Shown here piece by piece: positions 8,441 through 16,854 of a stretch of DNA of 64,000 nt. The position numbers were made by a program, and so were the translations under genes. Position 1 is the first letter of the stretch. Each line of letters starts with the position of its first letter. The notes beneath the pieces were generated by a model. That model was not told where the DNA came from, did not search any database, and was given only the letters and a program-made list of their open reading frames with translations. This stretch comes from Oligoflexia bacterium (GTDB lineage Bacteria; Bdellovibrionota; UBA1018; CAIMNF01): contig CAIMWN010000250.1 in assembly GCA_903845155.1 (NCBI GenBank), positions 2,550-66,549 of the forward strand, in the 5' to 3' direction.

Positions 8441-9604
8441 ATGAAAAATTACCTAACACTAGTATTAGCAGTATTGATGGTATCAACCACAGCAAACGCA
8501 TCACGTGCACGTCTTGAGTCACTGGGCGAAGGCAAAAACGGATCCTATTACATTCAAGATTCAAGAAACATTTTCTTAAATCCAGCTCAAATCGTACATT
8601 ATAAGAAAAAATTAAGCCTTGAGTTCGGTAACGAGCCAGGCGCAACACAAGACACTTCATTAGCTCCACGTGGCCAAGGCGGCTTCACTAACACTTTCGG
8701 TGATTTCACTTATGGTGTTTACATGAATCAAACTTCAGAGCGCGAATTATATGCAATTTCAAGTGCTAATGCTTTGGGTGGTGCTTTTATCGCTCCTGAG
8801 AGCCAACTTGAGTTCACTTTCGCTGGCGAAGGCGCGATGAACTGGGGTTTTAGTCTTCTTTATGCTGGTAATAATACCAAAGGTGTTGCGGGAGCAGCTG
8901 AAAAAACAGCATCTCTCTTCGGCGTTCGCCTCGGAGTAGAGTCTGGTAACCTTCAAGCATTTTCTTCAATCGGTATTGCGAGTGATTCAAAAGTGAAAAA
9001 TGCAAGCACTGACGAAGTCAAAGGGAAAGTATCAGTAGATGTAGCAGTTACTTACAAAATGGACGAAATGACTGATTACGCTCACTTCTCTTCTTATGGA
9101 ACAGATGTCACATTAAGCACTTTAAACAGTGGTAATGTAGTTCAAAACAGAAACACTGCTTTCGGCCTCGGTGCTGGTTGGAAACATGACATGAGCAAAT
9201 CAACTACTATGTTTTGCCGTGTAAGCGGTGACTACTTGAAAACAACAACTACAAGTTTCTCAGACATCACTACTTGGAACGTTCCAATCGTAGTAGGTGC
9301 TGAAGCCGTTGCTCTTAGCTGGTTGACCATCCGTGGTTCAATTGCAGAAAGCATCCTTGGACAAACTAATGGTTCAATCGCAAGCGGATCAGCTTACCGT
9401 ACCAGCCTTTCAGGCTTAACTACAGTAGCTGCAGGCGTTGGCATGACTTTCGGTGACGTAGTCATCGACGGTTTAGTATCATCTAACGGTGCTACTAATT
9501 CTGCAAACGGTATTCCAGGCTTCGGAACTGGCCAAACTACTGGTGGAACTTTCGGCTTCGGCGACAACATGCTTAGCCGTGTAGCGATGACTTACAATTT
9601 CTAA
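8441..9604 (+). CDS. Outer-membrane beta-barrel protein (porin-like), probably abundant
   Basis: AGGAG 8 nt upstream of the ATG. Signal peptide MKNYLTLVLAVLMVSTTANA. Gly/Ser/Thr/Ala-rich alternating strands. C-terminal ...VAMTYNF, the terminal aromatic signature of OMPs. Followed by a strong intrinsic terminator. Confidence 0.65.
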   Translation: MKNYLTLVLAVLMVSTTANASRARLESLGEGKNGSYYIQDSRNIFLNPAQIVHYKKKLSLEFGNEPGATQDTSLAPRGQGGFTNTFGDFTYGVYMNQTSERELYAISSANALGGAFIAPESQLEFTFAGEGAMNWGFSLLYAGNNTKGVAGAAEKTASLFGVRLGVESGNLQAFSSIGIASDSKVKNASTDEVKGKVSVDVAVTYKMDEMTDYAHFSSYGTDVTLSTLNSGNVVQNRNTAFGLGAGWKHDMSKSTTMFCRVSGDYLKTTTTSFSDITTWNVPIVVGAEAVALSWLTIRGSIAESILGQTNGSIASGSAYRTSLSGLTTVAAGVGMTFGDVVIDGLVSSNGATNSANGIPGFGTGQTTGGTFGFGDNMLSRVAMTYNF

Positions 9605-9628
9605 TCAAATCGTAAGCAAATAAAAATT

Positions 9629-9664
9629 AAGGCCTCCATGGACATCCATGGGGGCCTTTTTTTT
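9629..9664 (+). terminator. Rho-independent terminator of the OMP gene
   Basis: AAGGCCTCCATGG-ACAT-CCATGGGGGCCTT forms a 13-bp stem with one G-U pair, followed by a run of 8 T (9657-9664). Confidence 0.75.
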
Positions 9665-9667
9665 GTC

Positions 9668-9797
9668 AGTTACGCACAGGTGCTTCGCATGATGAACGGG
9701 CTTTAAAATAAAATGCTTTTGCTCCTGGGGACTCTTTAAGTCGCAAAACCATTTTATTTTAAAGTCCGTTCATCGTACAAAAAACTGCGCGTAACTC
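9668..9797. repeat. Long hairpin 1 with conserved 24-nt loop core
   Basis: - Inner arms 9691-9715 / 9750-9774: 25 bp, 1 mismatch.
- Outer arms GTTACGCACAG 9669-9679 / CTGCGCGTAAC 9785-9795: 1 mismatch.
- The loop contains the core GCTCCTGGGGACTCTTTAAGTCGC (9721-9744). Confidence 0.8.
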
Positions 9798-9909
9798 ATA
9801 AAAAGTTTAGGTCCAAGGAGTGATGATCTTCCCCCTCCGGTCCCTCAGATGGACGCAGTAAACGTCTTTTCCTTTATTGCTCATTGGGCACAGATGTTTT
9901 TTAAGTATC

Positions 9910-9979
9910 GGGCTATATAATAGAGAGGCATTGCGACTTTAAGAGTCCCCAGGAGCAATGCCTCTCTATTATATAGCCC
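9910..9979. repeat. Long hairpin 2 carrying the same loop core in inverted orientation
   Basis: - Arms GGGCTATATAATAGAGAGGCATT 9910-9932 / AATGCCTCTCTATTATATAGCCC 9957-9979: 23 bp, perfect.
- Loop 9933-9956 is GCGACTTTAAGAGTCCCCAGGAGC. This is the reverse complement of the hairpin-1 core at 23 of 24 positions. Confidence 0.8.
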
Positions 9980-10040
9980 CAAACTTGAAGAATACGGCCG
10001 CAACAAAGTACAATAAAAGCAAATACTTAACTGCAAACCC

Positions 10041-10070
10041 TTGACTTTGTACCCACAAAATCGCTAGATT
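10041..10070 (+). promoter_or_regulatory. Candidate sigma70-type promoter for mraY (would give a leaderless mRNA)
   Basis: TTGACT (10041-10046), an 18-nt spacer, then TAGATT (10065-10070). The mraY ATG is at 10077, 7 nt after the -10 element. No Shine-Dalgarno sequence is present, and a TAA stop sits immediately upstream in frame. Confidence 0.3.
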
Positions 10071-10076
10071 ACTTAA

Positions 10077-11153
10077 ATGCTCTATTACTTGCTCTATCCG
10101 CTCCACGAATCGATCGGTGTTTTTAACGTTTTTAAATACATTACCTTCAGGACATTTGGGGCAACCATCACTGCAATTATGATGTGTTTATTGCTCGGTG
10201 GCCGTTACATTCGTTGGCTAAAAGAAAAACAAATCGGCCAAAGCATACGTGAGCTTGGTCCCCAATCTCATCTTTCTAAAAAAGGAACACCGACCATGGG
10301 TGGGGGCCTGATCTTGGGGTGTATTTCAATATCAACACTTCTTTGGGCAGATTTGCGCAATCATTATGTATGGGTTGCCCTCTTTGTCATGCTTGGAACG
10401 GGCCTGGTAGGATGGGTCGATGATTATCGAAAAGTGGTTCAGAAAAACTCAAAGGGTTTGAGTGCTAAGCAAAAACTGATTGCGCAGACTTTGGTTGCAG
10501 TAATTGCGGCGACATTCTTGTACATCATGCGCGATACTCCGCCCGTACTTAAGTTTCCATTTTTTAAAGATTGGTCTATTGATCTTGGTGTCTTCTTTAT
10601 TCCGTTTGCAACACTCGTGATTGTAGGGACTTCAAATGCAGTGAATCTTACGGATGGCTTAGATGGTCTCGCCGTGGGGCCTACTATTACCACTTCACTC
10701 ACCTTTGCGATGCTCGCCTATTGCGCAGGTCACTTCATCATTGCAGAATATCTTCAAATTCCATTTATCTCAGGTGCGGGTGAGTTGTCTATTTTCTTAG
10801 CCAGCACTGCAGCCGCTTGTTTGGGGTTTCTTTGGTACAATTCTTATCCTGCAGAAGTTTTCATGGGGGACGTCGGAGCGCTTGCGCTCGGTGGAGCGCT
10901 TGGTGTTTCCGCTGTGATTACCAAAAACGAATTGTTACTCGTTATTTGCGGTGGAATTTTTGTAGTGGAGGCAGTGAGTGTGATGATGCAAGTGGCATCC
11001 TTCAAACTTACCGGAAAAAGAATTTTTAAAATGGCGCCCATTCATCATCATTTTGAATTGAAGGGTTGGCCTGAGCCGAAAGTGATCGTCCGTTTTTGGA
11101 TTATTTCAATCCTTTTAGCCTTGGCGTCGCTGTCGACATTAAAGTTACGTTGA
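10077..11153 (+). CDS. mraY: Phospho-N-acetylmuramoyl-pentapeptide transferase MraY
   Basis: 358 aa, polytopic. The N-terminus ...[13 protein letters not shown] parallels E. coli MraY. Signature motifs [13 protein letters not shown] and [12 protein letters not shown]. Confidence 0.94.
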   Translation: MLYYLLYPLHESIGVFNVFKYITFRTFGATITAIMMCLLLGGRYIRWLKEKQIGQSIRELGPQSHLSKKGTPTMGGGLILGCISISTLLWADLRNHYVWVALFVMLGTGLVGWVDDYRKVVQKNSKGLSAKQKLIAQTLVAVIAATFLYIMRDTPPVLKFPFFKDWSIDLGVFFIPFATLVIVGTSNAVNLTDGLDGLAVGPTITTSLTFAMLAYCAGHFIIAEYLQIPFISGAGELSIFLASTAAACLGFLWYNSYPAEVFMGDVGALALGGALGVSAVITKNELLLVICGGIFVVEAVSVMMQVASFKLTGKRIFKMAPIHHHFELKGWPEPKVIVRFWIISILLALASLSTLKLR

Positions 11154-11196
11154 TTTTATTTTTGTTAAACAAATTGAATAGAGGAGTAGTAAAGCA

Positions 11197-12582
11197 ATGA
11201 GTAAGTTTAAAGGTAAGAAAGTTCTGATCGTTGGATGTGGAACTTCAGGAGTGGCGGCCGCAAAGTTTTTGGTAAAACAAGGTGCTCGAGTCATGATTTC
11301 AGATACAAAGCAACGTACTGAACTTCCTGAGCCCCTCAAAGAACTGGGTGATCTGAAAGTTGAATTGGAATTTGGTGGTCACACTGAGCGTTCCTTTATG
11401 GGTGCAGAGCTCATTATTGTGAGCCCTGGTATCAACATTAATAATCTTCAGTTGCTTCAAGCAGCGAAAGCAAAGGGAACGCCCGTTACCAGTGAGATTG
11501 AACTTGCAGTCGGCGAGCTCGAGCAACCCCTGATTGCGATCACGGGCACCAATGGTAAATCTACTGTCACCACATTGGTTGGCGAGATGTTTAAATCAGA
11601 CCAAAAGGGAGCCTTTATCGGTGGAAATCTAGGAACACCTCTCATCGACTACGTGACCCAGGGGCAACCTGGTCAAGTAGCAGTTTGTGAGCTTTCTAGT
11701 TATCAGCTTGAACTCACCGAAAAGATGGTTCCGGCTGTCGCGATCTTCACGAACATTGATCAAGACCATCTCGATCGTTATGGAAGCATGGAAAACTATA
11801 CTGCAGCGAAAAAACGTTTGCTGAAAGTTTGTGATCGTAACTCGTGGGTAGTGCTGAATTACGACGACTCAGTGGTTCAGGGCTTTGCCCAAGAGAACGT
11901 AGGAAAACTGATTTGGTTCACCATGAAAAATCCACTCGAAGTGGGCGGAGATTTTGCTGAAAAGTTTTTCGGAGCCTACTATGATGCAACGAAAAATGTC
12001 ATTGTGACTAAGGTAACCGGAAAAGAAGAAATTTATACTTTAGAGCTCTTTAAGCTTTTCGGTGATCACAATAAACAAAACTTGATGGCTGCAATTTGTG
12101 CCGCTCGCGTAATGGGCGTGAGTCAACAAGGAATTCAAGCTTGTATTAATTCCTTTAAGGGTCTGGCCCATCGACTTGAGTTCGTTCGGAAAAAGGACGG
12201 TGTTTATTTTTTCAATGATTCCAAAGCCACTAATATTCAAAGCGTTCAAGCCGCATTGACTGCATTCAAGCGTTCACCAGTAATTCTAATTGCGGGTGGA
12301 AAAGATAAGAACATGGAGTTCACTCCTCTGGTGCCATTGGTTCAGAAAAAAGTAAAACTCATGATTTTAGTTGGGGAAGCAAAAGAGAAAATCAACCGCG
12401 CACTGGGTGATTTCGCTGAGACCTACCTCGTGGGTACCTTTGAAGAGGCTGTTCTCATGTCTTTCCAAAAATCCAGGAATGGCGACATTGTACTTTTATC
12501 ACCCGGCTGTTCAAGCCAAGATATGTTCCGAGACTTTGAAGAGCGAGGCGATTATTTCAAAAAACTGGTTAACCAACTCTAA
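11197..12582 (+). CDS. murD: UDP-N-acetylmuramoylalanine--D-glutamate ligase MurD
   Basis: GAGGAG RBS. VLIVGCGTSGVAAAKFL N-terminal Rossmann motif, GTNGKST P-loop, Mur ligase C-terminal domain. Located directly after mraY. Confidence 0.93.
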   Translation: MSKFKGKKVLIVGCGTSGVAAAKFLVKQGARVMISDTKQRTELPEPLKELGDLKVELEFGGHTERSFMGAELIIVSPGININNLQLLQAAKAKGTPVTSEIELAVGELEQPLIAITGTNGKSTVTTLVGEMFKSDQKGAFIGGNLGTPLIDYVTQGQPGQVAVCELSSYQLELTEKMVPAVAIFTNIDQDHLDRYGSMENYTAAKKRLLKVCDRNSWVVLNYDDSVVQGFAQENVGKLIWFTMKNPLEVGGDFAEKFFGAYYDATKNVIVTKVTGKEEIYTLELFKLFGDHNKQNLMAAICAARVMGVSQQGIQACINSFKGLAHRLEFVRKKDGVYFFNDSKATNIQSVQAALTAFKRSPVILIAGGKDKNMEFTPLVPLVQKKVKLMILVGEAKEKINRALGDFAETYLVGTFEEAVLMSFQKSRNGDIVLLSPGCSSQDMFRDFEERGDYFKKLVNQL

Positions 12583-12649
12583 GAATTTTTGGTCCCATTT
12601 CATAAAGGAAATTTCCCGACCGTTTAGCGCTAAGCAAAGCCGAGGCGAT

Positions 12650-13753
12650 GTGTTTTTAATCGTATTGGTTTTGACCATGGTGCTGTTCGGCCTCCTCATG
12701 GTGTACAGTGCTTCTTTTATTTTTGCTGAAGAACGCACTGGTGATGGTTTTGCTTTTATTAGAAAGCAATTCGTCTATGCCCTTCTTGGCTTTGGTGCTT
12801 TTTTCATTTCATCACGTGTTCCTCATCAAAAATGGTACGAATGGGCTCCGGTCGCACTTTTTACCATTATCGGAATGCTTATTTTTGTAATGATTCCCGG
12901 AGTAGGGGTCCGCGTGGGTGGAGCTCAGCGTTGGATGAATCTTGGCTTTGTTCGATTCCAGCCTGCAGAGCTAGCCAAGCTAGTTGGTGTGATGTTTGTC
13001 GCAAGGCAGTTGGTTCGTCATCAGCGGGAGCTTCATGACTTTAGAAAAGGCGTGATTGGACCTGTTGCGCTTTTATTACCCATGATGGGACTGCTGTTGC
13101 TTCAGCCCGACTTTGGCTCGACTGCACTTTTGGCCGGCACCACATTTATCCTTATGTTTATTGCGGGTGTAAGGCCCCTATTCTTATTTGGGGGCCTTTT
13201 TGCTGCAATTTCAGCGGCGACGGCACTTATTATGACTTCCCCCTACCGTCTTGCTCGAGTCATGACTTTTATCGATCCCTGGAGGGATCCATCGGGAAAA
13301 GGGTTTCAAGTCATTCAATCGATGCTCGGACTTCACAACGGAAGTTTGTTTGGTCAGGGCTTAGGGAACGGGAAAGAAAAATTATTTTTCCTCCCTGAAG
13401 CGCATAATGATTTTATCTTTGCAGTGATCGGCGAGGAGCTTGGCTTTATTGGGGTAGCCGGGGTGATTTTGGCGTATATTCTTTTTATTTATCGCGGTCT
13501 TAAAATATCGTGGCTCTCCCTTCATCAACGCAATGATCGTTTTGGATTCTATTTTGGTTGCGGGATTTCCCTGATTCTCGGACTTCAAGCTTTTATTAAT
13601 ATGGCCGTGGTCATGGGACTCCTTCCGACAAAGGGGTTAACATTACCTTTTATTAGCTATGGGGGTTCTGCACTCGTGCTCAATTTATTTTCTATCGGAA
13701 TTCTCTATAGTATTTCAAAAGCCAATCAGGGATCTTTTTATGAAAGCGACTAA
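12650..13753 (+). CDS. ftsW: SEDS-family peptidoglycan polymerase / cell-division protein FtsW
   Basis: SEDS motifs QPAELAKL, LPEAHNDFIF and LPFISYGGSAL. The ORF-track start 12371 overlaps murD by 212 nt. I trimmed it to the first in-frame start after the murD stop (GTG 12650; ATG 12677 is an alternative). The true start is uncertain. Confidence 0.85.
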   Translation: MFLIVLVLTMVLFGLLMVYSASFIFAEERTGDGFAFIRKQFVYALLGFGAFFISSRVPHQKWYEWAPVALFTIIGMLIFVMIPGVGVRVGGAQRWMNLGFVRFQPAELAKLVGVMFVARQLVRHQRELHDFRKGVIGPVALLLPMMGLLLLQPDFGSTALLAGTTFILMFIAGVRPLFLFGGLFAAISAATALIMTSPYRLARVMTFIDPWRDPSGKGFQVIQSMLGLHNGSLFGQGLGNGKEKLFFLPEAHNDFIFAVIGEELGFIGVAGVILAYILFIYRGLKISWLSLHQRNDRFGFYFGCGISLILGLQAFINMAVVMGLLPTKGLTLPFISYGGSALVLNLFSIGILYSISKANQGSFYESD

Positions 13754-14843
13754 TGAGTTTCAAGGTACCAATAGACGGTTGTTGATTGCAGGTGGAGGAA
13801 CTGGCGGACATATCTTAGCCGGGATTGCAATCGCAGATGAATGGTGTAAGGCCCTCCAAGCAGAGAAGTCGTCTGTATTGTTTGTGGGAGCAGAGCAAGG
13901 ATTAGAAGCGAAATTAGTTCCAAAATATAAGTATCCTCTCGAGCTATTGAGAATTGGCGCCTTAAATCAGGTGAGTAAAAAAACAAGAATCGCAACCTTG
14001 ATTAAACTGCCCTTCAATTTTTTTAAAGCATTTTTTATTTTGCTGAGATTTCGTCCGCACGCGGTAATCGGAGTCGGTGGATATGCTTCCGGTCCTGTCG
14101 TTTTACTAGCGAGAGTCATTTCAATCTTTACTGGTACGAGGACTGCCATCATTGAGCAAAATTCAGTGGCAGGATTCACGAATCGGCTCCTTGGTCAATT
14201 TGTGCAACGCGTGTTTTGCGCCTTCGAGGCCGGCACTCGTTCTTTTGATTCGGCTAAAGTAATGGTAACAGGAAATCCCATTCGCTCATCGCTTCAAAAA
14301 CTACCGCCTTCTCCGGTTGAACCCTTCACCTTATTTATTTTTGGCGGAAGCCAAGGTTCTTACGCAATCAATTCAATGATCATTGAGGCGCTTCCTTTTT
14401 TAAAAAACCAGGGTATTCAGTTTATTCACCAAACTGGTGTGAAGGACCATGAGCGCGTAAGTGTAGGTTACGCTCGTGAGGGGATGGCGGCACGCATAGA
14501 AAAGTTTATCGATGATATGGGCTCTTGTTACGAGCAAGCGAGTTTGGTGGTGTGCAGAGCTGGTGCGTCCACCATGGCCGAACTTGCATCAGTGGGAAGA
14601 GCCGCGATCTTTGTGCCGCTACCGACTGCTGCCGACAATCATCAGGAAAAAAATGCACAAATTTTTGAAATGGCTGAGGCGGCACAGGTCATCTCTCAAG
14701 GTTCATTAACAGGGCTTCAGTTTGCTGAAAGAATTATTTATCTAAAGAATAATCATGGCGTTATCCGCTCTATTGAAACTAAGGTTCAGAGTTTCTATCA
14801 AAGCAATTCTGCCCAAATGATTGTGAAGGATTTGCAGCAATGA
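13740..14843 (+). CDS. murG: UDP-GlcNAc:lipid I GlcNAc transferase MurG
   Basis: LLIAGGGTGGHILAG N-terminal motif and a GT28 C-terminal domain. ATG 13740 (MKATNEF...) overlaps the ftsW stop by 14 nt. Confidence 0.9.
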   Translation: MKATNEFQGTNRRLLIAGGGTGGHILAGIAIADEWCKALQAEKSSVLFVGAEQGLEAKLVPKYKYPLELLRIGALNQVSKKTRIATLIKLPFNFFKAFFILLRFRPHAVIGVGGYASGPVVLLARVISIFTGTRTAIIEQNSVAGFTNRLLGQFVQRVFCAFEAGTRSFDSAKVMVTGNPIRSSLQKLPPSPVEPFTLFIFGGSQGSYAINSMIIEALPFLKNQGIQFIHQTGVKDHERVSVGYAREGMAARIEKFIDDMGSCYEQASLVVCRAGASTMAELASVGRAAIFVPLPTAADNHQEKNAQIFEMAEAAQVISQGSLTGLQFAERIIYLKNNHGVIRSIETKVQSFYQSNSAQMIVKDLQQ

Positions 14844-16261
14844 TTCCTCACCGAAAATTCAAACTTCATTTTGTAGGCATCGGTGGAATTGGAATGAGTG
14901 GCATTGCCGAGGTATTTCTGGCCCAAGGCCATCAGGTCAGTGGTTCGGATTTATTGTCCAATGAAACTACGGAGCGCTTAGTGAGAATGGGTGCTGTGTA
15001 TTACAGTGGGCATGCTAGCGAACATGTTCATGATGTGGATGTGGTGGTCATTAGTTCAGCAGTAAAACCCCATAATCCGGAGGTTTTAGAGGCGAAAAAG
15101 CAGGGGATACCCATTATCCCAAGGGCCGAAATGCTGGCTGAAATCATGCGGGGTAAAACGGGTATTGCCATTGCTGGCACTCACGGAAAAACGACAACGA
15201 CCTCCATGACAGCACAGATTTTATTAAAGGCGGGCCTCGACCCAACAGTGGTGGTCGGTGGAAAAGTAGAAGCGATTGGTAGTAATGCAAAAATTGGTGC
15301 GGGTAGTACCGTAGTAGTAGAAGCAGATGAAAGTGATGGTTCTTTTCACTTACTCCCGGCCACTTACGGTGTGGTGACGAATATCGATCTTGATCACATG
15401 GAGTTTTATAAAACCCGTGACAACCTAAATAATGCTTTCATTCAATTTGTTAAGAACATGCCTTTTTATGGGTGTACATGGCTTTGTGGTGATGACGAGG
15501 GCGTTAAAGCGATCCTTTCGGAACTCACTAAACCTCATTTTACTTACGGTTTTGAATCACAGAATGATTTGATTGCTAAGAACTGGCGGGTAACTTCGAG
15601 CAGCTCCCAGGTATTTGAAGTGTGGCAGCGAGCACAGAAAAACAGACATCCCGAACTTTTGGGGGAGATTCAATTAGCGGTATTAGGAAAACACAATGTT
15701 TTGAATTCGCTTGCAGCATTCGGCATTGCGCTCAGCCTGGGAATTTCATTTTATGCGATTAAAGAGGCCCTTTCCGAATTTAAGCACGTGAGGCGTCGAT
15801 TTGATGAGCGATATTGGTCGGCTGAGAGAAACATTCGCATCATTGATGACTATGGTCACCACCCCACTGAGATCAAAGCAGTGCTTGCCACGGCTAAGCA
15901 GACTGGTAACACTCGTTTGGTGACCATATTTCAACCCCATCGTTATACTCGGACTCAGTTTTGCTGGACAGAGTTTTTAAGTTGTTTTGATGATAGCGAC
16001 GTGTTGCTGATGTTGCCTATCTACGCAGCTAATGAAGATCCTATAGAAGGTATTACGAGTGCACGCTTGTGTAGTGAAATTAGCGCCAAAGCTCAGCAAA
16101 AAACAAAGCCACTGTTGGTCGTGAATGTGCAAAGTCTATCTGAAGCCGAAAGCTGGGTGGTGAAGAACCTTAAGGATGGCGACATCGTTCTTACTCTCGG
16201 AGCGGGATCGATTACGAAACTCGCTGAGCAGCTTGCAAAAAGTCTGACACGGTCAAGCTAG
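14840..16261 (+). CDS. murC: UDP-N-acetylmuramate--L-alanine ligase MurC
   Basis: HFVGIGGIGMSGIAEV and the GTHGKTTTTS P-loop. ATGA overlap with the murG stop. Confidence 0.93.
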   Translation: MIPHRKFKLHFVGIGGIGMSGIAEVFLAQGHQVSGSDLLSNETTERLVRMGAVYYSGHASEHVHDVDVVVISSAVKPHNPEVLEAKKQGIPIIPRAEMLAEIMRGKTGIAIAGTHGKTTTTSMTAQILLKAGLDPTVVVGGKVEAIGSNAKIGAGSTVVVEADESDGSFHLLPATYGVVTNIDLDHMEFYKTRDNLNNAFIQFVKNMPFYGCTWLCGDDEGVKAILSELTKPHFTYGFESQNDLIAKNWRVTSSSSQVFEVWQRAQKNRHPELLGEIQLAVLGKHNVLNSLAAFGIALSLGISFYAIKEALSEFKHVRRRFDERYWSAERNIRIIDDYGHHPTEIKAVLATAKQTGNTRLVTIFQPHRYTRTQFCWTEFLSCFDDSDVLLMLPIYAANEDPIEGITSARLCSEISAKAQQKTKPLLVVNVQSLSEAESWVVKNLKDGDIVLTLGAGSITKLAEQLAKSLTRSS

Positions 16262-16262
16262 G

Positions 16263-16688
16263 TTATTCGCGGCGAAGCATTTTTTTTACTTCGTCAATAT
16301 GATCAGTCTCTTGCTGGACAAAATTCCGAGCAAGCTCTTCAAGGGCGATATCATCGCCCGCTAGTTTTACCAATTTCTTATAAAGCGCGAGAGTTGCTTC
16401 TTCAAACTGAAGACTTTCCTTAAGGATCTGATCAACGTTATGAACATTACTTTCTACAATTTTAGAAGAAATCATAGGCGGGTGGCCGCCGAGAGAAGTG
16501 ATTTTTTCCCCAATGATAATGGTGTGTGCAGTAGACTCACTCGCTTGGTCGCGAAACCATTTTTGAATGGGAATTCTGTTATGACCCATAATCATAAAAG
16601 AATAGTGAAGATAACGAACGATACCCGCCATTTCGGCTTGAAAAATTTCATTCAGACACTCAAGGGCTTTTTTTTCAGTTTTGCTCAT
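16263..16688 (-). CDS. Bacterioferritin-family (ferritin-like di-iron) protein
   Basis: Colinear with Bfr: LNEIFQAEMAGIVRYLHYS..., ...ASESTAH..., ...QQETDHIDEVKKML. Start placed at the internal ATG (MSKTEKK). The stop lies 1 nt from the murC stop, with the two genes convergent. Confidence 0.65.
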   Translation of the reverse strand: MSKTEKKALECLNEIFQAEMAGIVRYLHYSFMIMGHNRIPIQKWFRDQASESTAHTIIIGEKITSLGGHPPMISSKIVESNVHNVDQILKESLQFEEATLALYKKLVKLAGDDIALEELARNFVQQETDHIDEVKKMLRRE

Positions 16689-16854
16689 GGCTAATGTTAG
16701 CATGGCTATAAAAAAGTGAAGTAATTTTAAGACACGTTTCCTCAATTTTGAAAAAATATCAGTCAAATAAATGTCAGGCCAGCATAGCGCAGAGATTGTT
16801 GACGGGCTGTCCTTCTTCGTATCAATTTACACAAATTAAATTTAAAATAGTTGG

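Noticed and set aside
7941-8669. 242-aa ORF on the minus strand spanning the region upstream of the OMP gene
   Set aside because: The composition is implausible for a protein (rich in F, L, R, C and W, with low-complexity runs). It has no RBS. It overlaps the 3' end of the GT4 gene and the first 229 nt of the well-supported OMP gene. The region is better explained as the OMP promoter and leader.
9823-9861. 12-codon micro-ORF (MIFPLRSLRWTQ) after AAGGAG, between the two hairpins
   Set aside because: The SD-like AAGGAG ends only 2 nt before the ATG, which is too close for initiation. The ORF is too short to assess, and there is no other support.
12371-12649. N-terminal extension of the ftsW ORF overlapping murD by 212 nt. 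Similar 5' extensions occur in the murG (13659), mreB (25148), esterase (36796), GT4 (6727) and paralogue-2 (29060) ORFs.
   Set aside because: The extensions overlap well-supported upstream genes and are not part of the conserved proteins. Internal starts give canonical N-termini or signal peptides.
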